From positions 1 through 48,467 of the forward strand of contig CAYQUI010000004.1 of assembly GCA_964420685.1 (NCBI GenBank): DNA of 48,467 bases, in the 5' to 3' direction. The translations under genes were made by a program, and so were the position numbers. Origin of the DNA: an uncultured Lentisphaeraceae bacterium (GTDB taxonomy: Bacteria > Verrucomicrobiota > Kiritimatiellia > RFP12 > UBA1067). This document shows, in pieces, positions 11,964-20,615 of this stretch. Position 1 is the stretch's first letter; each line of letters opens with the position of its first letter. A model generated the notes under the pieces. That model did no database searches. It had not been told where the DNA came from and worked only from the letters and a program-made list of their open reading frames with translations.

Positions 11964-12613
11964 TCCGCATCACGGACCCGTGCCGTCCGCTCGACTTCGA
12001 CCTCTCGCGTCCGCTGGAGATCGAGGTCGGCTGCGGGAAGGGCCAGTTCCTCACGCGGCGCGCGCGGGAGAACCCCGACTGCGACTTCCTCGGCATCGAG
12101 CGGATGCTGGAGCGCGTGCGTCTCTTCGACGGCAAGTGCCGGCGCGGGAAGCTCGCGAACGCGAACGTCCTTCGGCTGGAGGCGCTCTACACGTTCCACT
12201 ACCTCCTGCCGGCGCATCATGCGCGGCGCGTCTACGTCTTCTTCCCCGACCCGTGGCCGAAGAAGAAGCACCACTCGCACCGCCTGTTCGGGCCGCTCTT
12301 CCGCGCGGCGCTCTGGAAGCGTCTTGAAATCGGCGGGAAGATCGAGTTTGCGACGGATCACGCCGAGTACTTCGAGGAAGTCTGCGCGGGCTTCGCCGAG
12401 GACGCGCGCTTCCGCCGCGTCGAGCCGATGCCGCGTCCGAGAGAGGTGTGGACGGAGTTCGAGACGATGTTCCGCGAGCAGGGCCTGCCGATTCACGCGG
12501 CCGCCTGGGAGGCGCTTGCGGCGGACGACGCGCCGCTCGCGCCCCTCACGATCCCGCCCGAACTTGAACCGCGCGAAGGCGTCTTTCGCCGCGACTTCGG
12601 CGCCGTCGTCTAA
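11954..12613 (+). CDS. trmB: tRNA (guanine-N7)-methyltransferase
   Basis: Motifs EVGCGKGQF, LGIE and FFPDPWPKKKHHSHRL. The start (TTG 11954 or GTG 11960) overlaps the rsfS stop. Confidence 0.85.
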   Translation: MGVIRITDPCRPLDFDLSRPLEIEVGCGKGQFLTRRARENPDCDFLGIERMLERVRLFDGKCRRGKLANANVLRLEALYTFHYLLPAHHARRVYVFFPDPWPKKKHHSHRLFGPLFRAALWKRLEIGGKIEFATDHAEYFEEVCAGFAEDARFRRVEPMPRPREVWTEFETMFREQGLPIHAAAWEALAADDAPLAPLTIPPELEPREGVFRRDFGAVV

Positions 12614-12637
12614 TTTTCTTTTCAGGAGAACGAAACC

Positions 12638-13834
12638 ATGTTGCACGTCAACGAGAACTACGCCAAGATCAAGCCCACCTACCTCTTTGCCGAAATCGCC
12701 CACCGCGTCGCCGCGCACCAGCAGGCGCACCCGGAGGCGAAGGTCATTCGCCTCGGCATCGGCGACGTCACCGAGCCGCTCGCGCCGAGCGTCATCGCCG
12801 CGATGCACAAGGCCGTGGACGACGAGGCCGGCCGGGGCGCGCGGTTCTACGGCTACGGGCCGGAGCAGGGCTATGCCTTCCTGCGCGAGAAGATCGCCGC
12901 CGCCGACTTTCAGGCGCGCGGCATCGACATTTCGGCGGACGAGATTCTTGTCTCGGACGGCGCGAAGTGCGACTGCGGCAACTTCCAGGAGCTCTTCGGC
13001 GCGGACGTCACGGTCGCCGTCGGCGATCCCGTCTATCCGGTCTACGTGGACACGAACGTGATGGCCGGGCGGCAGGACATCCAGCTCCTGCCGTGCACGC
13101 GCGAAAACGGCTTCGTGCCGGGGCCGGAGGGATGCACGGCCGACATCGTCTATCTCTGCTACCCGAACAACCCGACGGGCGCCGTCGCGACGAAGGCCCA
13201 GCTTCAGGCGTGGGTCGACTGGGCGAACGCGAAGAAGGCGCTGATCGTCTTCGACGCGGCCTACGAGGCGTTCATCCGGACGCCGGGGATTCCGCACTCG
13301 ATCTACGAGTGCGCGGGCGCGAAGACGTGCGCGGTCGAGATCCGCTCGTTCTCGAAGACGGCGGGCTTCACCGGCATCCGCTGCGGCTACACGGTCGTGC
13401 CGGACGGGCTGGTCGCCTCTGCTGCCGACGGCACGGCCGTGCCGCTCCGTCCGATGTGGACGCGCCGCCAGACGACGAAGTTCAACGGGGCCTCCTACGT
13501 CACCCAGCGCGGCGCAGAGGCGGTCTACTCGCCCGAAGGACAGGCCGAGACGAAGGCGACGATTGACTTCTACCTGGAGAACGCCCGCCTTGTCCGCGAA
13601 GCCTTGACCGCGAAGGGCTATGCCGTTACGGGCGGCGTCGATTCGCCTTACGTGTGGGTGGACGTGAAGGGCGAGAGCTGGGCGTTCTTCGACCGGCTGC
13701 TCGCGGAGGCGAACATCGTCACGACGCCGGGCGCGGGCTTCGGCGCGGCGGGCGAGGGCTACATCCGCATCAGCGCGTTCAATTCGCGCGCGAACGTCCT
13801 GGAGGCGATTGAACGCCTGAAGAAGGTTCTGTGA
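12638..13834 (+). CDS. dapL: LL-diaminopimelate aminotransferase
   Basis: N-terminus [20 protein letters not shown]...[12 protein letters not shown], plus NPTG and the [17 protein letters not shown]-lysine region typical of DapL. Confidence 0.85.
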   Translation: MLHVNENYAKIKPTYLFAEIAHRVAAHQQAHPEAKVIRLGIGDVTEPLAPSVIAAMHKAVDDEAGRGARFYGYGPEQGYAFLREKIAAADFQARGIDISADEILVSDGAKCDCGNFQELFGADVTVAVGDPVYPVYVDTNVMAGRQDIQLLPCTRENGFVPGPEGCTADIVYLCYPNNPTGAVATKAQLQAWVDWANAKKALIVFDAAYEAFIRTPGIPHSIYECAGAKTCAVEIRSFSKTAGFTGIRCGYTVVPDGLVASAADGTAVPLRPMWTRRQTTKFNGASYVTQRGAEAVYSPEGQAETKATIDFYLENARLVREALTAKGYAVTGGVDSPYVWVDVKGESWAFFDRLLAEANIVTTPGAGFGAAGEGYIRISAFNSRANVLEAIERLKKVL

Positions 13835-13878
13835 CGACGCGGCGGCGCGTCCGCCTTGCCTGAAATCCCCAATTTCGC

Positions 13879-13884
13879 TATAAT
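13879..13884 (+). promoter_or_regulatory. -10 hexamer TATAAT upstream of the GspE/PilB-family gene
   Basis: Perfect TATAAT in the 61-nt gap. It ends 12 nt before ATG 13896 and there is no SD. Confidence 0.45.
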
Positions 13885-13895
13885 GCGTTCCTGAA

Positions 13896-15581
13896 ATGAC
13901 GAGCAACGACGAATATGTCATCCAGCTCTTGGTCGAGCGCGGGTATCTGACGCCCGAGCAGGTCGAGACGGCTGCGAATTCGATGAAGGCCGAGAACGAG
14001 ACGACGCTTGACGCGCTCGTCGCGGGCGGGACGATCGGGCAGGACGAAGTCCTCGGAACGATCGCCGACCAGTTCGGCCTCAAGTACTGCCACCTCGACG
14101 CCGAGGCGATCGACGCGGCGTCCGTGACGAAGGTGATCACGCCGGAGATCGCGAAGCGGTACGGCGTCGTGCCGATCGTGGCGGATGACGATTCCGTGAC
14201 GGTCGCGCTTTCCGACCCGATGGGCTACGACGCGATCGATTCGCTGCGCTTCGTGCTGGTCGGCAAGGACGTGGAGGCCGTGCTCTGTCCGCTCGACGAG
14301 GTGAAGGCCGCGATGGCGAAGCTCTACGTGACGGACGCGGAGGCCGCCGTCTCGACGCGCGACGAGGAGGGGCTCTCTGACGCGACGGCGGGCGAGAGCG
14401 ACGACAACGCCGTCATCAAGCTCGCCAACATGATCATCACGACGGCGATCAAGATGAAGGCCTCCGACATCCACATTGAGCCGATGGAGAAGGAGTTCCG
14501 CATCCGCTACCGCATCGACGGCGCGCTCCGCAAGATGGACTCGCCGCCGAAGCGCCTGCAGGGCGCGATCATCTCGCGCTTCAAGATCATGTCGAAGATG
14601 AAGATCTCCGAGAAGCGCATTCCGCAGGACGGGCGCATCCAGATTTCCGTCGGCGGCAAGGATCTCGACTTGCGCGTCTCGTCCGTCCCGACGAACCACG
14701 GCGAGTCGATCGTCATGCGAATCCTCGACAAGTCGAACCTCTCGCTCGGTCTGCCGCAGCTCGGCTTCCTTTCCGACGACCAGACGACGTTCGAACGGCT
14801 CATCAAACTGCCGGACGGCGTCGTGCTCGTCACAGGCCCGACGGGTTCGGGCAAGACGACGACGCTCTACGCCTGTCTGGGGCAGATCAACACGCCGGAC
14901 AAGAAGCTCATCACGGTCGAAGACCCGGTCGAATACCAGATGTCGGGCATCAACCAGGTGCAGGTGAACAAGGACGTCGGGCTTGACTTCTCCGCCGCGC
15001 TCCGCTCGATCCTGCGTCAGGCCCCGAACATCGTCATGATCGGCGAAATCCGTGACGCGGAGACGGCCGACATCGCGATGGAGGCGGCGCTCACGGGCCA
15101 CCTCGTCTTCTCGACCCTGCACACGAACGACGCGCCGTCGGCCGTGACGCGACTCCTCGACATCGGCGTGAAGCCGTTCCTCGTCGCGTCCGCCCTGCGC
15201 GCCGCGATGGCCCAGCGACTCGTGCGCGCCATCTGCGAGAAGTGCAAGGAGTCGTACACGCCGAGCGAGCGCGAGATCAAGATGCTCACGGGCCTTGCGA
15301 GCGGCACGAACGCCCAGGTGCCCGACCACATGTACCACGGCGCCGGATGCGACCGCTGCGGCAAGACGGGCTATAAGGGACGAAAGGGCATCTTCGAGAT
15401 CTTCAAGGTCGACGACACGATTCAGCGTCTCATCTTCGACCACGCGCCGGCGACGCTGCTTCGCCAGCGCGCCCGCGAGATGGGGATGCGCACGCTGCGC
15501 GAGGACGGCATGCTCAAGGTCGCGAGCGGCATGACGTCGCTGGCGGAAGTCCTGCGCGTGACGATGGGCGACGCCGACTGA
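13896..15581 (+). CDS. Type II secretion / type IV pilus assembly ATPase (GspE/PilB family)
   Basis: T2SSE N-terminal domain, Walker A VTGPTGSGKTTTL, Asp/His boxes, and the tetracysteine motif CEKC...CDRCGKTGYKGRKGIFE. Confidence 0.9.
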   Translation: MTSNDEYVIQLLVERGYLTPEQVETAANSMKAENETTLDALVAGGTIGQDEVLGTIADQFGLKYCHLDAEAIDAASVTKVITPEIAKRYGVVPIVADDDSVTVALSDPMGYDAIDSLRFVLVGKDVEAVLCPLDEVKAAMAKLYVTDAEAAVSTRDEEGLSDATAGESDDNAVIKLANMIITTAIKMKASDIHIEPMEKEFRIRYRIDGALRKMDSPPKRLQGAIISRFKIMSKMKISEKRIPQDGRIQISVGGKDLDLRVSSVPTNHGESIVMRILDKSNLSLGLPQLGFLSDDQTTFERLIKLPDGVVLVTGPTGSGKTTTLYACLGQINTPDKKLITVEDPVEYQMSGINQVQVNKDVGLDFSAALRSILRQAPNIVMIGEIRDAETADIAMEAALTGHLVFSTLHTNDAPSAVTRLLDIGVKPFLVASALRAAMAQRLVRAICEKCKESYTPSEREIKMLTGLASGTNAQVPDHMYHGAGCDRCGKTGYKGRKGIFEIFKVDDTIQRLIFDHAPATLLRQRAREMGMRTLREDGMLKVASGMTSLAEVLRVTMGDAD

Positions 15582-15597
15582 ACCAGGCGTCCGCGCG

Positions 15598-16635
15598 GTG
15601 GCCGCGAATCTCTACGTCCATTTCCCGTTCTGCCGTCGCCGATGCCGCTATTGCGCGCTCTACTCGCGCGTCGGCGTTCCGGCGGCCGCGCGCAACGCCT
15701 ATGTCCGGCAGTTGGCCGCGTCCGTCGCCAGCCTCTCCGAGGAGCTGGCGCGTTGGGGCGACGCGGACGGCTTCGGAACGCTGAAGACGGTCTATTTTGG
15801 CGGCGGGTCGCCGGCCCTCTGTGATTTGCGTCCGCTGCTGGCGACACTCGCGCCCCATCTGACGGCGGAGACGGAGTTCACGGTCGAGCTGCATCCGCTG
15901 GACGTCACGGACGACGTGCTGGGGATGTTGCATGACGGGGGCGTCAACCGCATTTCGATGGGGGTTCAGTCGCTGGACGACGCGACGCTCGCGGCCATGG
16001 GGCGCGGCTACACGGCGGCGGCGGCGGCACGGGCCTTTGCGCGCGTGACGCGCGTCTTCGGGAACGCGGGCATCGACCTCATCGTCGGCTATCCGGGCGA
16101 TCCGTGCGTCGGCTGGGAGCGGCTCGGCGACTGGGGGCTTCGCCACGCCTCCGTCTATTCGCTCCAGAACGAGCGGGGGCTGGCGGACGTGCCGGACGAC
16201 GACTGGACGCTCGACCGGATCCGCGTGGTCGCGGCGACCCTGGAGGAACTGGGACTCGCACGCTACGAAATCTCAAATTATGCCGTGCCGGGGGGTGAAT
16301 GTCGCCACAACCTTGCCGTCTGGCGCGGGGAGGACTACGTCGGCCTTGGGGCGGGGGCGTTTGGGCGCGTGGGGCTTCGCCGAACCCGCAACTTGGGGGC
16401 CTGTCCCCAACAACGGGAGGAGGTGGAGATGGTTTCGCCCGAGCGGGATGCGCTGGAGCGGCGAATCTTCCGCTTGCGGACGCGCGAGGGGCTTGACGCG
16501 ACGGGGTTTCCCCAGTGGGGACAGGCCCTCGCGACCGCGTGTGAAAATGGACTTCTGACGCGCGAAAACGAGATTTATCGTCTGACAGCGCGCGGAATGG
16601 AAGTCTGCGACGCCATTTTGGCCGAACTTGTCTGA
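15598..16635 (+). CDS. hemW: Radical SAM HemW-like protein (oxygen-independent coproporphyrinogen oxidase-like / heme chaperone)
   Basis: LYVHFPFCRRRCRYCALY (CxxxCxxC), YFGGGSP and GVNRISMGVQS. GTG start. Confidence 0.8.
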   Translation: MAANLYVHFPFCRRRCRYCALYSRVGVPAAARNAYVRQLAASVASLSEELARWGDADGFGTLKTVYFGGGSPALCDLRPLLATLAPHLTAETEFTVELHPLDVTDDVLGMLHDGGVNRISMGVQSLDDATLAAMGRGYTAAAAARAFARVTRVFGNAGIDLIVGYPGDPCVGWERLGDWGLRHASVYSLQNERGLADVPDDDWTLDRIRVVAATLEELGLARYEISNYAVPGGECRHNLAVWRGEDYVGLGAGAFGRVGLRRTRNLGACPQQREEVEMVSPERDALERRIFRLRTREGLDATGFPQWGQALATACENGLLTRENEIYRLTARGMEVCDAILAELV

Positions 16636-16707
16636 AGGCCTCGTCCGTCTTTTGGCCGTAGCCGTGCGCGCCACCGTGCGTCGGTCCGAAACCCCGCATT
16701 TGCCCCC

Positions 16708-16736
16708 TTGCGCGGACGCAACATTTAGTGTATCAT
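16708..16736 (+). promoter_or_regulatory. Putative sigma70-type promoter of nrdD (TTGCGC - 17 nt - TATCAT)
   Basis: -35-like TTGCGC at 16708-16713 and -10-like TATCAT at 16731-16736, separated by a 17-nt spacer. It lies ~85 nt upstream of the nrdD ATG. Confidence 0.4.
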
Positions 16737-16763
16737 ATGCGCCCTATCCACAACAGGTAGTGA
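16716..16763 (+). promoter_or_regulatory. Tandem NrdR-box-like operators
   Basis: ACGCAACATTTAGTGT (16716-16731) matches the 16-bp NrdR consensus acaCwAtATaTwGtgt at 13/16 positions. CCACAACAGGTAGTGA (16748-16763) matches at 11/16. The boxes are 32 bp apart (three helical turns) and overlap the putative promoter of a ribonucleotide reductase gene. Confidence 0.5.
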
Positions 16764-16820
16764 AATTTGAGGAAAACGGCGGATTTCAAGACAATTCGAG
16801 AAGAAGGATGCGCAGAGGCC

Positions 16821-19001
16821 ATGAAGATTATCAAGCGATCAGGTGAAGAGCGGGAGTTTGACGTCGCGAAAATCGAAAACGCGATTCGCAAGGCGAACAA
16901 CGCGGTGGACTACAAGGACGCGATGAGCGAAGGTCGGATCAAGCTGATCGCGGAAGAGGTCGCCGGCGTCTGCGCCGCGCGCGACCGGGCGATGACGGTC
17001 GAGGAGGTTCAGGACGTCGTCGAGAACAAGATCATGGAGATGGGTTCGCACGAGATCGCGAAGAAGTACATCGTCTACCGCTACCGCCGCGAGCTCGCCC
17101 GCAAGGCGAACACGACGGACGGCGCGATTCTCTCGCTTATCGAGTGCAACAACGAGGACGTCAAGCAGGAGAACTCGAACAAGAACCCGACGATCAACTC
17201 CGTCCAGCGCGACTACATGGCGGGCGAGGTGTCGAAGGACGTCTCGGCGCGCATCCTCCTGCCGCAGGACGTCGTGCAGGCCCATCGCGACGGGCTGATC
17301 CACTTCCACGACATGGACTACTACGCGCAGCATATGCACAACTGCGACCTCGTGAACCTCGAGGACATGCTGCAGAACGGGACGGTCATCTCGGAGACGA
17401 TGATCGAGAAGCCCAAGAGCTTCTCGACGGCGTGCAACATCGCCACCCAGATCATCGCGCAGGTCGCCTCGAACCAGTACGGCGGCCAGTCGATTTCGCT
17501 GACGCACCTCGCGCCGTTCGTGGACGTCTCGCGTCAGGCGATCCGGCGGGACTTTGCGGCCGAGTGCGCCGAGGCGGGCGTCGAGATCCCGCAGGCGAAG
17601 TTCGACGCGATCGTCGAGCGGCGCGTCCGCAAGGAGGTCGAGAAGGGCGTGCAGACGATCCAGTACCAGGTCGTCACGCTCATGACGACGAACGGGCAGG
17701 CGCCGTTCGTGACGGTCTACATGTACCTCGGCGAGGCGCGCGGGGAGCAGGAGAAGAAAGACCTCGCGATGATCATCGAGGAGGTCCTCAACGAGCGCAT
17801 CAAGGGCGTGAAGAACGAGCAGGGCGTCTACGTGACGCCGGCGTTCCCGAAGCTCATCTACGTCCTCGAGCCCGACAACATCACGGAGGACGCGCCTTAC
17901 TGGTACCTGACCGTGCTCGCCGCGAAGTGCACGGCCAAGCGCATGGTGCCCGACTACATCTCGGCGAAGAAGATGCGCGAGTACAAGGTGGACAAGAACG
18001 GCAACGGCAACGTCTACACGTGCATGGGCTGCCGCTCCTTCCTGACGCCGTACGTGGACGAGAACGGCAAGCCGAAGTACTACGGGCGCTTCAACCAGGG
18101 CGTCGTCACGGTCAACCTCGTGGACGTGGCCCTCTCCGCGCACGGCGACCTCGAGAAGTTCTGGGAGGTCCTTGACGCGCGCTGCGAGCTTTGCCACAAG
18201 GCGCTCCAGTGCCGCCACGAGCGGCTGACCGGCACGCTGTCCGACGCGGCGCCGATCCTCTGGCAGTACGGGGCGTTGACGCGCCTGCCGAAGGGCACGC
18301 CGATTGACCGCTACCTGCACGGCGGCTACTCGACGATCTCGCTCGGCTACGCGGGGCTCTGGGAATGCGTCTACGCGCTCATCGGCAAGAAGCTCACCGA
18401 GCCGGACGGCGAGGCGCTTGGCCTTGACGTCATGAAGCGGCTCAACGAGTACACGGCGAAGTGGAAGGCCGCCGAGGACATCGACTACTCGCTCTACGGC
18501 ACGCCGCTCGAGTCGACGACGTACAAGTTCGCGAAGTGCCTCCAGAAGCGCTTCGGCATCGTCAAGGGCGTGACCGACCGCAACTACATCACGAACTCGT
18601 ACCACATCCATGTCACCGAGCCGATTGACGCGTTCAAGAAGCTGGAGACGGAGGCGAAGTTCCAGAAGCTTTCGCCGGGCGGGGCGATCAGCTACGTCGA
18701 GGTGCCGAACCTTCAGAACAACCTGCCGGCCGTGCTGTCGATCATGAAGTACATCTACGACCACATCATGTACGCCGAGCTCAACACGAAGTCGGACTAC
18801 TGCCAGGTCTGCGGATTCGACGGCGAGATCGAGATCGTCAAGGACGAGGGCGGCAAGCTCGTCTGGCGCTGCCCGAAGTGCGGCAACGCCGACGAGGCGA
18901 AGCTCAACGTCGCGCGGCGGACGTGCGGCTACATCGGCTCGCAGTTCTGGAATCAGGGCCGCACGCAGGAAATCAAGGAGCGCGTCCTGCACGTCTCGTA
19001 G
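16821..19001 (+). CDS. nrdD: Anaerobic ribonucleoside-triphosphate reductase (class III)
   Basis: N-terminal ATP-cone (MKIIKRSGEEREFDVAKIENAI), a C-terminal zinc site (CQVCGF...CPKCG) and the glycyl-radical motif RTCGYIGS. Start moved to ATG 16821. Confidence 0.95.
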   Translation: MKIIKRSGEEREFDVAKIENAIRKANNAVDYKDAMSEGRIKLIAEEVAGVCAARDRAMTVEEVQDVVENKIMEMGSHEIAKKYIVYRYRRELARKANTTDGAILSLIECNNEDVKQENSNKNPTINSVQRDYMAGEVSKDVSARILLPQDVVQAHRDGLIHFHDMDYYAQHMHNCDLVNLEDMLQNGTVISETMIEKPKSFSTACNIATQIIAQVASNQYGGQSISLTHLAPFVDVSRQAIRRDFAAECAEAGVEIPQAKFDAIVERRVRKEVEKGVQTIQYQVVTLMTTNGQAPFVTVYMYLGEARGEQEKKDLAMIIEEVLNERIKGVKNEQGVYVTPAFPKLIYVLEPDNITEDAPYWYLTVLAAKCTAKRMVPDYISAKKMREYKVDKNGNGNVYTCMGCRSFLTPYVDENGKPKYYGRFNQGVVTVNLVDVALSAHGDLEKFWEVLDARCELCHKALQCRHERLTGTLSDAAPILWQYGALTRLPKGTPIDRYLHGGYSTISLGYAGLWECVYALIGKKLTEPDGEALGLDVMKRLNEYTAKWKAAEDIDYSLYGTPLESTTYKFAKCLQKRFGIVKGVTDRNYITNSYHIHVTEPIDAFKKLETEAKFQKLSPGGAISYVEVPNLQNNLPAVLSIMKYIYDHIMYAELNTKSDYCQVCGFDGEIEIVKDEGGKLVWRCPKCGNADEAKLNVARRTCGYIGSQFWNQGRTQEIKERVLHVS

Positions 19002-19009
19002 GCGGCGCG

Positions 19010-19041
19010 GCGGGGGCGCAGTTGAAACGCCCCCGCTTTTT
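19010..19041 (+). terminator. Rho-independent terminator after nrdD
   Basis: A 9-bp GC stem, GCGGGGGCG (19010-19018) paired with CGCCCCCGC (19028-19036), a 9-nt loop, then TTTTT (19037-19041). Confidence 0.8.
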
Positions 19042-19044
19042 CGG

Positions 19045-19050
19045 TATAAT
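19045..19050 (+). promoter_or_regulatory. -10 hexamer TATAAT upstream of secG
   Basis: Perfect TATAAT immediately after the nrdD terminator. A ~23-nt leader with AAAGGAAAG precedes ATG 19080. Confidence 0.5.
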
Positions 19051-19079
19051 ACACATTCAAATTCAGAAAGGAAAGAAGA

Positions 19080-19463
19080 ATGTCCATTTTCATTGGTTGC
19101 CTGTATGTCGTCGAAGTCCTCGTCTGCCTGATGCTTGCGCTCGTCGTGATGCTTCAGAAGCCGAAAGAGGGCGGGCTGGGCGGCGCCATCGGCGGCGGCA
19201 TGCTGGAGGCTTCGCTCGGTGCCGACGCGGGCAACGTCCTCATCAAGACGACGGCCATTCTCGGCGCGGTCTTTCTCCTGAACACGCTCGTTCTCGCGCG
19301 CCTGACGTCGACGGCGCATTCGCGCTCGCTCATGGCCCGCGAGGCCGAGCCGGTCGCCGAGCAGGCCGCGCCCGCGCTGCCGATGGCCGCGCCGGAACTT
19401 CCGGCGGCCCCGGCTCCTGCGGCGACGCCCGCGCCTGTCGCGCCGGCCCCTGCGGCCAAGTGA
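19080..19463 (+). CDS. secG: Preprotein translocase subunit SecG with Ala/Pro-rich C-terminal tail
   Basis: Two TM helices flank the SecG loop LQKPKEGGLGGAIGGG. The last ~45 aa are low-complexity (PAPAATPAPVAPAPAAK). Confidence 0.8.
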   Translation: MSIFIGCLYVVEVLVCLMLALVVMLQKPKEGGLGGAIGGGMLEASLGADAGNVLIKTTAILGAVFLLNTLVLARLTSTAHSRSLMAREAEPVAEQAAPALPMAAPELPAAPAPAATPAPVAPAPAAK

Positions 19464-19476
19464 GGAGGATGCCCGC

Positions 19477-20520
19477 ATGAAGGTCCTCGTCACCGGCGGG
19501 TCCGGCTTTCTCGGCATCAACCTCATCCGTTTCCTCCGCGCGCAAGGCGTGGAGGAAATTCGCGTTTTGGACATCGCCGACTTCGACTATCCGGAGAAGG
19601 GCGAGCCGTGGCTCGCGTTCACGAAGGGTGACGTGCGTGACGTGTCGGCCGTCGAGAAGGTGACGGCGGGGTGCGATGTCGTCGTCCACTGCGCGGCGGC
19701 CCTGCCGCTCTACAGCGAAGAGGACATTCGCACGACGGAAGTGGACGGCTGCCGGAACGTCCTCGACGCCGCGCGCAAGTTCAACCTCGACCGCATGATC
19801 CAGATTTCCTCGACGGCGGTCTACGGCGTGCCGAAGAAGCATCCGATCGTCGAGACGGACCCGCTTGTCGGCGTCGGGCCGTACGGGCAGGCGAAGATCG
19901 ACGCCGAGACCATCTGTCGCGCGGCGATTGACGACGGCTACTGCGTCTCGATCATCCGTCCGAAGAGCTTTGTCGGGCCGGAGCGGCTGGGCGTTTTCGC
20001 GCTCTTCTACGACTGGGCGTACACGGGGCATGGCTTTCCGATGATCGGGTCGGGCGAGAACCGCTACCAGCTCATGGACGTCGATGACCTCAACCAGGCG
20101 ATCTGGCACGCGATGACATATCCGAAGACGGTCGTCGCGACGGCGTTCAACATCGGCGCGAAGGAGTTCACGACGATGAAGGAGGACTACCAGGCCGTCC
20201 TCGACCGCGCCGGGCACGGCAAGAAGATTCGCGGCATGCCCGTCGCGCCGCTCGTCTTCATCCTGCGCATCCTTGAGAAGCTGCATCTCTCGCCGCTCTA
20301 TCCGTGGGTGTACGAGACGGCGTCGACGGATTCCTTCGTGTCGATCGAGAAGGCCGAGCGGCTGCTGGACTACAAGCCGCGGTACTCGAACAAGCAGGCG
20401 CTTGTGCGGAACTACGACTGGTATGTCGCGCACCTCTCCGAGTTCGCGGGCAAGTCGGGCGTCAGCCATCGCGTGCCGTGGAAGCAGGGGCTTCTGGGCG
20501 TTGCGAAATGGTTCTTCTAA
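19477..20520 (+). CDS. NAD-dependent epimerase/dehydratase family protein (extended SDR)
   Basis: MKVLVTGGSGFLGINL Rossmann motif and a YGQAK catalytic Y-x3-K. Substrate unknown. Confidence 0.75.
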   Translation: MKVLVTGGSGFLGINLIRFLRAQGVEEIRVLDIADFDYPEKGEPWLAFTKGDVRDVSAVEKVTAGCDVVVHCAAALPLYSEEDIRTTEVDGCRNVLDAARKFNLDRMIQISSTAVYGVPKKHPIVETDPLVGVGPYGQAKIDAETICRAAIDDGYCVSIIRPKSFVGPERLGVFALFYDWAYTGHGFPMIGSGENRYQLMDVDDLNQAIWHAMTYPKTVVATAFNIGAKEFTTMKEDYQAVLDRAGHGKKIRGMPVAPLVFILRILEKLHLSPLYPWVYETASTDSFVSIEKAERLLDYKPRYSNKQALVRNYDWYVAHLSEFAGKSGVSHRVPWKQGLLGVAKWFF

Positions 20521-20522
20521 GA

Positions 20523-20611
20523 CTCCAGACGTCCAAACGATCCAAGCCGCCAAACCCCCAAACTTCCAAACATCTCAACAACCAAACCTCTAAACCTCCA
20601 AACTTCAAAAC
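20523..20611 (+). repeat. Tandem array of 11 units of an 8-nt repeat (consensus NNCCAAAC) filling the gpmI 5' leader
   Basis: Units in order: ctccagac, gtccaaac, gatccaagc, cgccaaac, ccccaaac, ttccaaac, atctcaac, aaccaaac, ctctaaac, ctccaaac, ttcaaaac. Then aatc and ATG. No G occurs from 20556 to 20615. Confidence 0.9.
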
Positions 20612-20615
20612 AATC

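Noticed and set aside
13836-13855. Short GC hairpins after dapL: GACGCG-gcgg-CGCGTC or GGCGG-cgcgt-CCGCC.
   Set aside because: The stems are only 5-6 bp and no U-tract follows, so this is not convincing as an intrinsic terminator. Similar weak hairpins after truA (38153-38181) and after the membrane phosphoesterase (9591-9625) were dismissed for the same reason.
20304-20615. N-terminal extension of GpmI translated through the CCAAAC array (...QTSKRSKPPNPQTSKHLNNQTSKPPNFKT-MRPVVF...).
   Set aside because: The frame stays open only because the tract lacks G and is T-poor. The upstream part overlaps the SDR gene in another frame, and iPGM proteins start at the conserved M-x-P-V-x-L/F-I-I-x-DGWG found at 20616.
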